IMG/VR virus record: IMGVR_UViG_2541047894_000004
Source: a virus
Taxonomy: Duplodnaviria > Heunggongvirae > Uroviricota > Caudoviricetes
Length of the DNA stretch: 35,499 bases
Strand: one strand, 5' to 3'
The position numbers and the translations under genes are program-made. Positions within the stretch are counted from its first letter, which is position 1; every line of letters begins with the position of its first letter. Shown in pieces: positions 26,685 through 35,499 of this stretch. The notes below the pieces were generated by a model that made no database searches, was not told the DNA's origin, and worked only from the letters and a program-made list of their open reading frames with translations.

Positions 26685-27067
26685 TGGGGCTTCGTGAAGA
26701 GATTCAGTCAGAGGTTGCCGCTGCTTTTGATGAGGATTTAGCGGACGCCGTGAGTGATTTTTCTGGTTCTTACGTTACGCACCGGCACTGGGATCCTGTG
26801 ACGGAAACTGGCGGCGAATCCACCGCAATCTATACCGGGCGAGGCGTGTTGACACGTTATAAGCTGGGCAGAATTGATGGGATTAATATTTTGCATGGTG
26901 ACCTTAAATTAACCGCTCTGGTATGCGAGGTTACGGATAAACCCGCTGTCGACCATATTATTGAGATTTATGATCCTGTATCAAGGCAGTTACAACGATA
27001 CGAGGTAATTACAGCGAGTGTAGATCCTTCCGCATCAGTTTACTCTATCCAGTTAAGGAGAGCGTAA
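26684..27067 (+). CDS. Head-tail adaptor candidate
   Basis: Start overlaps the upstream stop; position. Confidence 0.5.
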   Translation: MGLREEIQSEVAAAFDEDLADAVSDFSGSYVTHRHWDPVTETGGESTAIYTGRGVLTRYKLGRIDGINILHGDLKLTALVCEVTDKPAVDHIIEIYDPVSRQLQRYEVITASVDPSASVYSIQLRRA

Positions 27068-27448
27068 ATGGCAAAGGCATGGGATATAGAACCGTCAATA
27101 TTTGCCGGGATGATTGAGGAAGATGTGGGGCTGAAGATTCGCTACATCGCTATGCAGATTCTTACTGCTATTGATATTGCTGCTCCGGTTGATACCGGAC
27201 GTTTCAGAAATAACAACCTGGTGTCGTTACAGCATCCCGATTTTGGTATATCTGATAACGTGGATCCGAACGGTACGATTGCGGTTCAGCGTGGGATCGG
27301 GGTTATTTCGAAAGCTGCAAATTACGGAGTTATTTATATCCAGAATAACCTTCCTTATGCAGAGGCTCTTGAAAACGGTCATTCACAACAAGCGCCAACT
27401 GGCGTGTATGCCAACGCTTTTCATGGTGTTTTACAGGCTTACAAATGA
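27068..27448 (+). CDS. Tail-associated structural protein candidate
   Basis: AAGGAG RBS; position. Confidence 0.5.
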   Translation: MAKAWDIEPSIFAGMIEEDVGLKIRYIAMQILTAIDIAAPVDTGRFRNNNLVSLQHPDFGISDNVDPNGTIAVQRGIGVISKAANYGVIYIQNNLPYAEALENGHSQQAPTGVYANAFHGVLQAYK

Positions 27449-27837
27449 CGTTTACTGAAATCAGAAATACGGTTATTTCCAGAATGACGGCACAGACGAT
27501 TATTGATGGAAAAGACGTATTGTATCCGAACGGGCCAACGTTCGATCCTTCCGGTAAATTAATCTGGGCGCGGTTAAGTAATATTCCCGGGCAGGCTGGA
27601 GTTAATGAAATTGGCGCGGGGCCGGTTGTTTATCGCACGGGGATAATCATTATTCAGTTATTTGTCCCCGCAGGTTCTGGTTCAAAACTCATTACTGAGA
27701 CAGCCGATAAATTGCGGGAACTGTTTGAGTTTCAGGATGACGATCGTCTCAGTTACCAGGCTGTTTCCTCAATAGCCGTTGGCGAAAAGAATGGCTGGTT
27801 CCAGCTTAATCTTCAAATTCCATATCGCGCGCTCTAG
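27445..27837 (+). CDS. Tail completion / tail terminator candidate
   Basis: Start overlaps the upstream stop (ATGA); precedes the major tail gene. Confidence 0.5.
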   Translation: MTFTEIRNTVISRMTAQTIIDGKDVLYPNGPTFDPSGKLIWARLSNIPGQAGVNEIGAGPVVYRTGIIIIQLFVPAGSGSKLITETADKLRELFEFQDDDRLSYQAVSSIAVGEKNGWFQLNLQIPYRAL

Positions 27838-27863
27838 CGCAATTAATGACATAGGAGGCTCCT

Positions 27864-28826
27864 GTGAGTTCAGGTGCAAAGGTTATCTCGGCATTTATCC
27901 GGGAGACAGTTGCAGGCACTACGCCAGCAAGTGGTGACTGGAGTTTATTAAAACGAACAAGCTGGGGAGTAAAACCCACCCAGAATAAAGGCGAAAATAA
28001 TGAGATTGGTGGCTCCCGGATGGCTCAGGGGGCGACGCCTGGCACTGTGGATGTCGGCGGTGATGTTGGTACCAAATTTCGCTGGGGTCAACATGATGAT
28101 TTTCTTGCATCCTGTTTCGGCGCGGAATGGTCAGGCGATTCTCTGACAATGGGGAATGAGCGAATAACATTTTCTCTGGCGACCTATGCGTCCGATGTCG
28201 GAATTGCCTCTGTCGTCAGAGGAGCGCAGGTTGGCTCATGGAAAATGCAGATCCCTAACGACGGCGATATTACAGCGACCGTAACCTTTGCCGGGCTGGA
28301 CTGGGAATCAAAGGCCGATGATACGAATTTTATCAAAGGCGAACCTGTGGATAGTGCAGGAAAGCTACGTTATTCGTTTAAGGAGGTTTCAGCAGTAAGC
28401 CTGAATGGTGTTGCCGGAGGTAACGGTTTTTGTATCGACAGTTTTGATATTCAGTTCGATAACAAACTCCAGACACAGCGTTGTATCGGGACTGGCTCGC
28501 CTTATGCAGGAGCAAATATTCCGACTACTTTTACACCGTCCGGTACGGTGACGCTTTCATGGTCTAAAGCTGCGTGGGAAATCTGGAGTAAAACACTGAC
28601 TGGAGAAACAGTTCCGTTCAGCTTCACGCTTTCGAATGGAGAGGGGGCATACACTTTCAGTTTCCCGAAGGTTCAGGTGTCAGGTGAATGGCCTGATGGG
28701 GGTAATACCGACATTATCCAGGTTCAATTGAGCATTACCGCAGCAGATGAAGCACCTACGATAACCAGAAAAAAAGCCTCCCCGGCTGCCGTGATCGCAA
28801 AAGCCAGTGCTGAGGCGATTAGTTGA
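27864..28826 (+). CDS. Major tail (tube) protein, 320 aa, GTG start
   Basis: AGGAGG RBS; position immediately before the tail assembly chaperone G/GT. Confidence 0.7.
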   Translation: MSSGAKVISAFIRETVAGTTPASGDWSLLKRTSWGVKPTQNKGENNEIGGSRMAQGATPGTVDVGGDVGTKFRWGQHDDFLASCFGAEWSGDSLTMGNERITFSLATYASDVGIASVVRGAQVGSWKMQIPNDGDITATVTFAGLDWESKADDTNFIKGEPVDSAGKLRYSFKEVSAVSLNGVAGGNGFCIDSFDIQFDNKLQTQRCIGTGSPYAGANIPTTFTPSGTVTLSWSKAAWEIWSKTLTGETVPFSFTLSNGEGAYTFSFPKVQVSGEWPDGGNTDIIQVQLSITAADEAPTITRKKASPAAVIAKASAEAIS

Positions 28827-28874
28827 TTTTCCGTTATTCCCCCTGTGGTACTGCACTACAGGGGGGCGCATTGA

Positions 28875-29336
28875 ATGAGGTTATGGATGTTTATTCTTAA
28901 TCAGAAAATTATCATCGGTGGTGAACGCTGGTTTACCCCAATGAAGGACTTAAAACCTGTAGACGGGTTAAAACTGTTGGTGGCAAGCAGCGATAACGAT
29001 CAGTATCGCTCCCGTAATGCATTAATCCGTCGCCACATTGAGAAAATGGATGCCAGTTTGCACGTCGGAACGAAGGAGTTTGATATTGCAAAGGTTTCCG
29101 AGGTGGATTCTGTTGATGATTTACTCATTGATAATGCTGCTCGTTATCTGCTGAAAGACTGGAAAGGGGTTGGTGAACTGGTTGATGGTGTTGAGGTTGC
29201 ACTGGAATATACGCCAGAACGAGGGATCGCGCTGCTTAAGCAGAATCCGGAGTTGTACTGGCAGATCCTTGCAGAAGCAGCCAGCATCGCCCAGGGTAAA
29301 GAGCAGCAGAAGCAGGATACGATAAAAAAGCCATAG
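28875..29336 (+). CDS. Tail assembly chaperone G-like (start uncertain)
   Basis: Ends just after the slippery heptamer A-AAA-AAG at 29324-29330; precedes the tape measure gene. Confidence 0.7.
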   Translation: MRLWMFILNQKIIIGGERWFTPMKDLKPVDGLKLLVASSDNDQYRSRNALIRRHIEKMDASLHVGTKEFDIAKVSEVDSVDDLLIDNAARYLLKDWKGVGELVDGVEVALEYTPERGIALLKQNPELYWQILAEAASIAQGKEQQKQDTIKKP

Positions 29337-29644
29337 CCGCCCAGCGGTGGTTATCGGAGTTCGGGGGAGAAAAGGGTGAAAAGGCAAGATGGAAGCGAGA
29401 AAAACTCAGGTTGCCACCGATACCGGAACCAGAAATAGACCCGGTGCTTAAGGAATTGTTGTACGCCTATTCGGTAATATCCCGTGCCCGACGTTATGCT
29501 GGAATGACTGGGGTGCCTTTGCCTTTATCTCTGACAGAGATAAATGAATATTTAGCCACTCATCCGGTATTGATTGAGCGCGATGAATTTGAAGCAGTGA
29601 TCTTTGCACTGGATGACCAGTATTTTCAGGAGCAGTGTGTGTAG
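28875..29644 (+). CDS. Tail assembly chaperone GT-like fusion made by a -1 programmed frameshift at 29324-29330
   Basis: The -1 frame after A-AAA-AAG is open with no stop from 29330 into the 29411-29644 ORF (both positions are 2 mod 3). Confidence 0.6.
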
Positions 29645-29767
29645 TTGTTAATTACGTACACTCTGTTACAGAGATGTGATGGTGTCTTTAATTAAATCGA
29701 TGATGCTCCTGGAGAAAAGCATTGCGTGGCCTCGTAATCGCTATATCTACTATTATGTCGCCTGAAA

Positions 29768-29787
29768 CCCACTTCGGTGGGTTTTTT
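29768..29787 (+). terminator. Terminator-like hairpin upstream of the tape measure gene
   Basis: CCCAC-ttcg-GTGGG followed by T6. Confidence 0.5.
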
Positions 29788-29807
29788 GTTGTCAGGAGTT
29801 TTAATAA

Positions 29808-32800
29808 ATGGCAGAGCAAACCTCGCGTCTCGCAATAATTATTGATAGCACTGGAGCGAAAAATAATGCTGACAATCTGACCTCCTCATTAGTCAAAATG
29901 ACGCAGGCTGGGAAAACTGCTGCAAATAGCGCAGGGAAAGTGACTAAGGCAACAGAAGATGAGAAGAACGCGCTCGCAAAATTAAAAGCAGCTATTGATC
30001 CAGTTGGTGCCGCAATTGATACTGTCGGTCGACGCTATTCTGAATTAAAGAAATTTTTCGATAAAGGGCTTATTGATAAAGAAGAATATGAATTTCTTGT
30101 CCGTAAACTTAATGAAACCACAGAGGAATTGAGCGGGGTTGCGCAAGCGCAGAGAGAAGCCGAGAAGGCCGGAAAACTTGCTGCCGCCCAGCAGGAAGCG
30201 CAGGCTCAGGCCTTTCAAAGAATGCTGGACAAGATCGACCCTCTGGCTGCGGCGCTAAGAAATCTTGAACAACAGCAGGATGAACTTAATGCTGCGTTTG
30301 CATCCGGGAAAATAAATGGTTCTCAGTTTGAGAATTATAGCCGAAAAATACAGGAAACACGGCGAGAGCTTACCGGAGAGGCTCAGGCAGAGCGAGAAGC
30401 AGCAAAAGCGCATGATGAACAGGTTGTTGCTTTGCAACGTCTGATTGCTCAACTTGACCCTGTCGGAACTGCTTTTAACCGCCTGACAGAGCAGCAAAAG
30501 CAACTCAGCGAAGCAAAAGCCAAGGGGATGCTTTCTCCTGAAATGTATGAGGAGCTTTCAGGAAAACTTCGTGCTATGCGGAGTGAGCTTGAGGCTACTC
30601 AATCGCAACTAAGCAAAACCGGAATGTCGGCAAAACAAACGGCTTTTGCTATGCGCATGTTGCCTGCACAAATGACGGATATTGTTGTTGGGTTGTCCAC
30701 TGGTCAGTCGCCATTTATGGTGTTAATGCAGCAGGGCGGCCAGCTAAAAGATATGTTCGGTGGGATTGGCCCGGCAATCAAAGGTGTAGGTTCTTATGTG
30801 CTGGGATTAATTAATCCTTTTACCCTGGCCGCAGCAGCCGTTGGCGTCTTAGGGCTGGCTTACTATAAAGGCTCTCAGGAGCAGAACGAATTTAATAAAT
30901 CTCTTATTCTTACCGGAAATCAGTTGGGGACAACCAGCGGGCAATTGGCCGATATAGCTCAACGTGCCGGGAATGCGGCTGATTCGACAACTGGCGCTGC
31001 GGCGGCAGTATTAAACCAGCTTGTGCGTTCGGGAAAGGTAGCGAGCAGTTCGCTGGAGCAAGTGACGACAGCGATAGTAAAAACGAGCGAAGTAACAGGA
31101 ATATCAACCGAACAACTGGTTAATGACTTCAATGAAATTGCAAAGGATCCTGTCAGTGCTATATCAAAACTTAATGATCAGTACCATTTTCTGACACTTG
31201 CGACTTATAACCAAATTAAGGCGCTACAGGATGAAGGGAACCAGCAGGAGGCCGCCCGCATTGCGACAGAAGCATACTCATCCTCAATGATCCAGCGCAC
31301 CAACCAGATTAAAGAAAATCTTGGTTATCTTGAGACTGCATGGAAAGCTGTCGCAGACTCCGCAAAATGGGCATGGGATTCCATGCTGGATATTGGCCGT
31401 GAGGCCTCCCTTGATCAAAAAATCTCAGATGTTCTCCGTCAAATTGATGAAATAGAAAAAAATACCCGACCCGGAGTTTTCGGGTTAGGTGGCATTGGAG
31501 ATGGCGGAGCTCAAAATAAAAAGCTGGCACGATTAAAGCAGCAATTGGGCGTACTTCAAGCAGAAAAAATTGCTCAGGACGTACTAAATTCATCAATAAA
31601 CGATTACAACAAGCGACAACAGGAAGGAATTGAACTCAGACAGAGAGCAGATGCTTTTTCAAAACAATATCAGACCCGGGAGCAGCAGAGAGCTAGTGAA
31701 CTTGCAAAACTGGAAAAGCTAAAGAATCAGTATTCAAAGGAAGAATATAATAATCTTATCGCTCAAATAAATGAGCGTTACGAAGATCCAAAGCAACCAA
31801 AGGCGAAAGGTTATTCGGATGATGCTGCCCAACGAATGATTGATCATCTGAATCAACAGAATGCGTTACTAAGTTCACAAGCTGAATTGACCGTTAAATT
31901 AAGTTCCTCTGAACAGGAACTGGTTAAGTGGCGTCAGCAGATTGCCGACCTGGAGTCACGACCGTCATCGAAATTAACCCAAGAGCAGAAATCACTTCTC
32001 TTACACCGGGAAGAAATAACCGCGTTGATGGAGAAAAATGTTGCGATTGAAAAAAATAACAGGCTAATCAAAGAATCCGCCGAAATAGCCGCATGGCGTG
32101 ATTCATTGCAGGCTTCGATTGATAATCGTCAGCAGGGGTATGATATTCAGATTGCTGGTTATGGGGTTGGCGATAAAAATCAGCAACGCCAGCAGGAATT
32201 ACTGCGGATTGAACGTGAATATAACAATCAGCGTCTGCAACTTGAACGTGACTATGCAGATAAATCCCGTGGAATGTCAAATCATGTTTTTCAGGAGAAA
32301 ATGCAGGCTCTGAATGATGCTCTGGAACGAGAAAAAGAAATTGTCAGCCAGAAAAACGAGCAGCTCGATATTCTGGCAGGAGACTGGATTAGTGGTGCCT
32401 CCCAAGGATTCAATAACTGGCTGGATGACACTAAGGATATCGGTGCGCAGATAAAATCAACCACGACTCAGATGTTTGATGGGATGACCGATGCGCTAGG
32501 TGATTTTGTCACGACAGGCAAGGCAAATTTTCGTTCTTTCGCTACTTCCGTGATTTCGGATCTTAGTCGAATTGCATTAAAGGCTTCAATTACTGGGATT
32601 TTCGACAGCATTAGTAACAGTTCTTCTGGGGGTATTTTAGGAACTATCGGGAGTGCTATTAGTAAATTTATTCCGAATGCAAAGGGCGGTGTTTATGAGT
32701 CTCCGTCATTGAGTACATATTCGAACGGTATTTATGACTCCCCGCAATTTTTTGCTTTTGCAAAAGGAGCTGGTGTTTTTGGTGAGGCTGGACCGGAAGC

Positions 32801-33041
32801 TATTATGCCATTAACGCGAACTTCCGATGGTTCTCTTGGTGTCAGAGCTATTAATAGTAAAAGTGGTAATGGAGGCAGAGATATTACTTATGCCCCTGTA
32901 TACCAAATCACTATTCAAAATGACGGCCAGAATGGAGAGATTGGTCCTCAGGCAATAAAAGCACTTATGGGGATGGTTGATCAGCGGGTGCAGGGCGCTC
33001 TGTTAAATATGCGACGTGATGGAGGAATGTTAAGTGGCTAA
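29808..33041 (+). CDS. Tail tape measure protein, 1077 aa
   Basis: Size, coiled-coil-rich N-terminal half, Gly-rich C-terminal region; position after G/GT. Confidence 0.9.
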   Translation: MAEQTSRLAIIIDSTGAKNNADNLTSSLVKMTQAGKTAANSAGKVTKATEDEKNALAKLKAAIDPVGAAIDTVGRRYSELKKFFDKGLIDKEEYEFLVRKLNETTEELSGVAQAQREAEKAGKLAAAQQEAQAQAFQRMLDKIDPLAAALRNLEQQQDELNAAFASGKINGSQFENYSRKIQETRRELTGEAQAEREAAKAHDEQVVALQRLIAQLDPVGTAFNRLTEQQKQLSEAKAKGMLSPEMYEELSGKLRAMRSELEATQSQLSKTGMSAKQTAFAMRMLPAQMTDIVVGLSTGQSPFMVLMQQGGQLKDMFGGIGPAIKGVGSYVLGLINPFTLAAAAVGVLGLAYYKGSQEQNEFNKSLILTGNQLGTTSGQLADIAQRAGNAADSTTGAAAAVLNQLVRSGKVASSSLEQVTTAIVKTSEVTGISTEQLVNDFNEIAKDPVSAISKLNDQYHFLTLATYNQIKALQDEGNQQEAARIATEAYSSSMIQRTNQIKENLGYLETAWKAVADSAKWAWDSMLDIGREASLDQKISDVLRQIDEIEKNTRPGVFGLGGIGDGGAQNKKLARLKQQLGVLQAEKIAQDVLNSSINDYNKRQQEGIELRQRADAFSKQYQTREQQRASELAKLEKLKNQYSKEEYNNLIAQINERYEDPKQPKAKGYSDDAAQRMIDHLNQQNALLSSQAELTVKLSSSEQELVKWRQQIADLESRPSSKLTQEQKSLLLHREEITALMEKNVAIEKNNRLIKESAEIAAWRDSLQASIDNRQQGYDIQIAGYGVGDKNQQRQQELLRIEREYNNQRLQLERDYADKSRGMSNHVFQEKMQALNDALEREKEIVSQKNEQLDILAGDWISGASQGFNNWLDDTKDIGAQIKSTTTQMFDGMTDALGDFVTTGKANFRSFATSVISDLSRIALKASITGIFDSISNSSSGGILGTIGSAISKFIPNAKGGVYESPSLSTYSNGIYDSPQFFAFAKGAGVFGEAGPEAIMPLTRTSDGSLGVRAINSKSGNGGRDITYAPVYQITIQNDGQNGEIGPQAIKALMGMVDQRVQGALLNMRRDGGMLSG

Positions 33042-33372
33042 TACGGAAGAATTTTACTGGTTACCAGAGGATGGAATGAAAACAGAAAATAAGCCATCGA
33101 TAAAAACTGTAAGATTTGGCGATGGTTATGAACAACGAAGCCCAAACGGACTTAATCATTCTCTGCGTGTTTTTACCTGTGATTTCAGGGTTGAGGCGAA
33201 TGAACGTAATTCATTTGAACTGTTTCTGGCTCGGCATGGAGGCTATAAATCTTTTTTTTGGCGCCCGCCGGGTATTAACAGAAAAATCAGAGTGGTGTGT
33301 CGAACGTGGTCAGCGACAGAACATATCACCTATACCGATTTTTCATGTCAGTTTGACGAAGTGGTGATCTGA
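33034..33372 (+). CDS. M: Minor tail protein M (lambda gpM-like), GTG start
   Basis: [16 protein letters not shown]... aligns with recalled lambda gpM (VRFGDGYSQRAPAGLN). Confidence 0.85.
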   Translation: MANTEEFYWLPEDGMKTENKPSIKTVRFGDGYEQRSPNGLNHSLRVFTCDFRVEANERNSFELFLARHGGYKSFFWRPPGINRKIRVVCRTWSATEHITYTDFSCQFDEVVI

Positions 33373-34070
33373 TGCAGGACATACGACAGGAAACACTGAA
33401 TGAATGTATCCGTGCGGAGCAGTCGGCCAGCGTGGTGCTCTGGGAAATTGATCTGACAGAGGTCGGTGGGGAGCGTTACTTTTTCTGCAATGAGCAGAAC
33501 GAAAAAGGTGAACCGGTTACCTGGCAGGGGCGAAAGTATCAGGCGTACCCCATTCAGGGAAGCGGCTTTGAGATGAACGGTAAGGGCAGCAGCGCACGTC
33601 CCACACTTAAGGTATCAAACCTGCACGGCATGGTCACCGGGATGGCGGAAGATCTGCAGAGTCTGGTCGGCGGAACAGTGGTCCGGCGTAAGGTTTACGC
33701 CCGTTTTCTGGATGCGGTGAACTTCGTCAACGGAAACAGCGAAGCCGATCCGGAGCAGGAGGTGATCAGCCGCTGGCGCATCGAGCAGTGCAGCGAACTG
33801 AACGCGGTTAGCGCGGCCTTTGTGCTGTCCACGCCGACGGAAACGGATGGTGCTGTTTTTCCGGGGCGCATCATGCTGGCCAACACCTGCACCTGGACCT
33901 ATCGCGGTGATGAGTGCGGTTATAGCGGTCCGGCGGTCGCGGATGAATATGACCAGCCGACGTCCGATATCACGAAGGATAAATGCAGCAAATGCCTGAG
34001 TGGCTGTAAGTTCCGCAATAACGTCGGCAACTTTGGCGGCTTCCTTTCCATTAACAAACTTTCGCAGTAA
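33372..34070 (+). CDS. L: Minor tail protein L (lambda gpL-like), 232 aa
   Basis: Length and sequence resemble lambda gpL; C-terminal Cys cluster (CSKCLSGCKF). Confidence 0.88.
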   Translation: MQDIRQETLNECIRAEQSASVVLWEIDLTEVGGERYFFCNEQNEKGEPVTWQGRKYQAYPIQGSGFEMNGKGSSARPTLKVSNLHGMVTGMAEDLQSLVGGTVVRRKVYARFLDAVNFVNGNSEADPEQEVISRWRIEQCSELNAVSAAFVLSTPTETDGAVFPGRIMLANTCTWTYRGDECGYSGPAVADEYDQPTSDITKDKCSKCLSGCKFRNNVGNFGGFLSINKLSQ

Positions 34071-34075
34071 ATCCC

Positions 34076-34819
34076 ATGACAGAGACAGAATCAGCGATTC
34101 TGGCGCACGCCCGGCGATGTGCGCCAGCGGAGTCGTGCGGCTTCGTGGTGAGAACGCCGGAGGGGGAAAGATATTTTCCCTGCGTGAATATTTCCGGTGA
34201 GCCGGAGGAGTATTTCCGGATGGCTCCGGAGGACTGGCTGCAGGCAGAGATGCAGGGTGAGATTGTGGCGCTGGTCCACAGCCACCCCGGTGGTCTGCCC
34301 TGGCTGAGTGAGGCCGACCGGCGGCTGCAGGTGCAGAGTGATTTGCCGTGGTGGCTGGTCTGCCGGGGGGCGATTCACAAGTTCCGCTGTGTGCCACATC
34401 TTTCCGGGCGGCGCTTTGAGCACGGGGTGACGGACTGTTACACGCTGTTCCGGGACGCTTACCATCTGGCGGGGATTGAGATGCCGGATTTTCATCGCGG
34501 GGATGACTGGTGGCGTAACGGCCAGAATCTCTATCTTGACAATATGGAGGCGACTGGTTTTTACCGTGCCGCACTGACAGAGGCGCAGCCGGGCGATGTG
34601 CTGCTGTGCTGCTTTGGTTCATCGGTGCCGAATCATGCCGCCATTTACTGCGGCGACGGCGAGCTGCTGCACCATATTCCTGAACAACTGAGCAAACGAG
34701 AGAGGTATACCGACAAATGGCAGCGACGCACACACTCCCTCTGGCGTCACCGGGCATGGCGCGCATCTGCCTTTACGGGGATTTGCAACGATTTGGCCAC
34801 CGCATCGACCTTCGTGTGA
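34076..34819 (+). CDS. K: Tail assembly protein K (lambda gpK-like; MPN/JAB plus NlpC/P60 domains)
   Basis: HSHP JAMM-like motif and Cys/His peptidase-like region; position between L and I. Confidence 0.88.
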   Translation: MTETESAILAHARRCAPAESCGFVVRTPEGERYFPCVNISGEPEEYFRMAPEDWLQAEMQGEIVALVHSHPGGLPWLSEADRRLQVQSDLPWWLVCRGAIHKFRCVPHLSGRRFEHGVTDCYTLFRDAYHLAGIEMPDFHRGDDWWRNGQNLYLDNMEATGFYRAALTEAQPGDVLLCCFGSSVPNHAAIYCGDGELLHHIPEQLSKRERYTDKWQRRTHSLWRHRAWRASAFTGICNDLATASTFV

Positions 34820-35364
34820 AAACGGGAGCCGAAGCTATCCGGGCGCTGGCCACGCAGCTCCCGGCGTTTCGTCAGAAACTGAATGAGGGCTGGTATCAGG
34901 TGCGCATTGCCGGGCGTGATGCAGGCGAAAACGAATTATCTGCCCGTCTTAATGAGCCGCTGGCAAATGGTGCCGTGATCCACATCGTACCGCGTCTGGC
35001 GGGTGCCAAAAGTGGCGGTGTTTTTCAGGCAGTGCTGGGGGCTGCGCTGATTGCGGTGGCATGGTGGAACCCTGTGGGCTGGCTGGGTGCCGCGGCTGTA
35101 TCGGGTATGTATGCGGCAGGGGCCAGTATGATCCTGGGCGGTGTGGCGCAGATGCTGGCACCGAAAGCCAGAACTCCCCGCACACAGACAACGGATAACG
35201 GCAAACAGAACACGTATTTCTCCTCACTGGATAACATGGTTGCCCAGGGGAATGTTCTGCCCGTTCTGTACGGTGAAATGCGCGTGGGGTCACGCGTGGT
35301 ATCTCAGGAGATCAGCACGGCAGACGAAGGGGATGGTGGTCAGGTTGTGGTGATTGGTCGATGA
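34717..35364 (+). CDS. I: Tail assembly protein I (lambda gpI-like)
   Basis: MAATHTLPLASPGMARICLYGDLQRFG... and the C-terminal YFSSLDNMVAQGNVLPVLYGEMRVGSRVVSQEISTADEGDGGQVVVIGR match recalled gpI; overlaps the K 3' end as in lambda. Confidence 0.9.
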   Translation: MAATHTLPLASPGMARICLYGDLQRFGHRIDLRVKTGAEAIRALATQLPAFRQKLNEGWYQVRIAGRDAGENELSARLNEPLANGAVIHIVPRLAGAKSGGVFQAVLGAALIAVAWWNPVGWLGAAAVSGMYAAGASMILGGVAQMLAPKARTPRTQTTDNGKQNTYFSSLDNMVAQGNVLPVLYGEMRVGSRVVSQEISTADEGDGGQVVVIGR

Positions 35365-35385
35365 TGCAAAATATTTTATGTGAAA

Positions 35386-35404
35386 CCGCCTCCGGGCGGT
35401 TTTG
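35386..35404 (+). terminator. Hairpin between I and J
   Basis: CCGCC-tccg-GGCGG followed by TTTTG. Confidence 0.4.
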
Positions 35405-35424
35405 TCGTTTATGGAGCATGACGA

Positions 35425-35499
35425 ATGGGTAAAGGCAGCAGTAAGGGGCATACCCCGCGCGAAGCGAAGGACAACCTGAAGTCCACGCAGTTGCTGAGT
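35425..35499 (+). CDS. J: Host specificity / central tail fibre protein J, 5' partial (first 25 codons)
   Basis: MGKGSSKGHTPREAKDNLKSTQLLS matches the recalled start of lambda gpJ; truncated by the window end. Confidence 0.9.
   Translation, partial: MGKGSSKGHTPREAKDNLKSTQLLS

Noticed and set aside
33615-34766. 383-aa minus-strand ORF antisense to tail genes L and K
   Set aside because: Pro/Ala/Arg/Ser-rich low-complexity translation antisense to GC-rich, well-conserved lambda-like L and K; classic spurious long antisense ORF.

Overview
The window reads as a near-complete Rac-like lambdoid prophage of Escherichia coli, running from the integrase stop (pos 1) to the first 25 codons of tail fibre gene J (pos 35499). 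All calls come from reading the supplied ORF translations and the DNA by eye; no searches were run, and protein identities rest on recalled family signatures. Left arm (minus strand): intR, xis, ydaC-like, ralR, a truncated recT, racC, ydaE, kilR; then sieB, a divergent immunity switch (racR versus ydaS-ydaT), and replication genes (O-like ydaU, DnaC-like ydaV). A cargo-rich nin-like region follows: two unknown proteins, a QueH-like epoxyqueuosine reductase, a hok/mok/sok-type locus whose hok has a stop at codon 4, and a Doc-family toxin with a small upstream partner, then DUF1367, DUF1364 and a Q-like antiterminator. Downstream are two tRNA genes (Thr-UGU, Gly-UCC), about 0.8 kb of hairpin-rich non-coding DNA, a phage-21-type lysis cassette (dual-start pinholin, SAR endolysin, Rz with embedded Rz1), the low-GC trkG moron, a ParB-like protein, a possible GT-A-fold protein, terS/terL, portal, MuF-like, scaffold, coat, and a lambda-like tail module (tube, G/GT with an A-AAA-AAG slippery site, tape measure, M, L, K, I, J'). 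Most worth following up: the in-frame recE'-'recT deletion fusion, the prophage-borne QueH, the mutated hok locus beside a Doc module, ori-like GTAACGC/GCGTTAC palindromes in ydaU, a TGCGCA array inside terS, and the ParB-like/GT-A-like pair. No CRISPR array, IS element or reverse transcriptase was seen.
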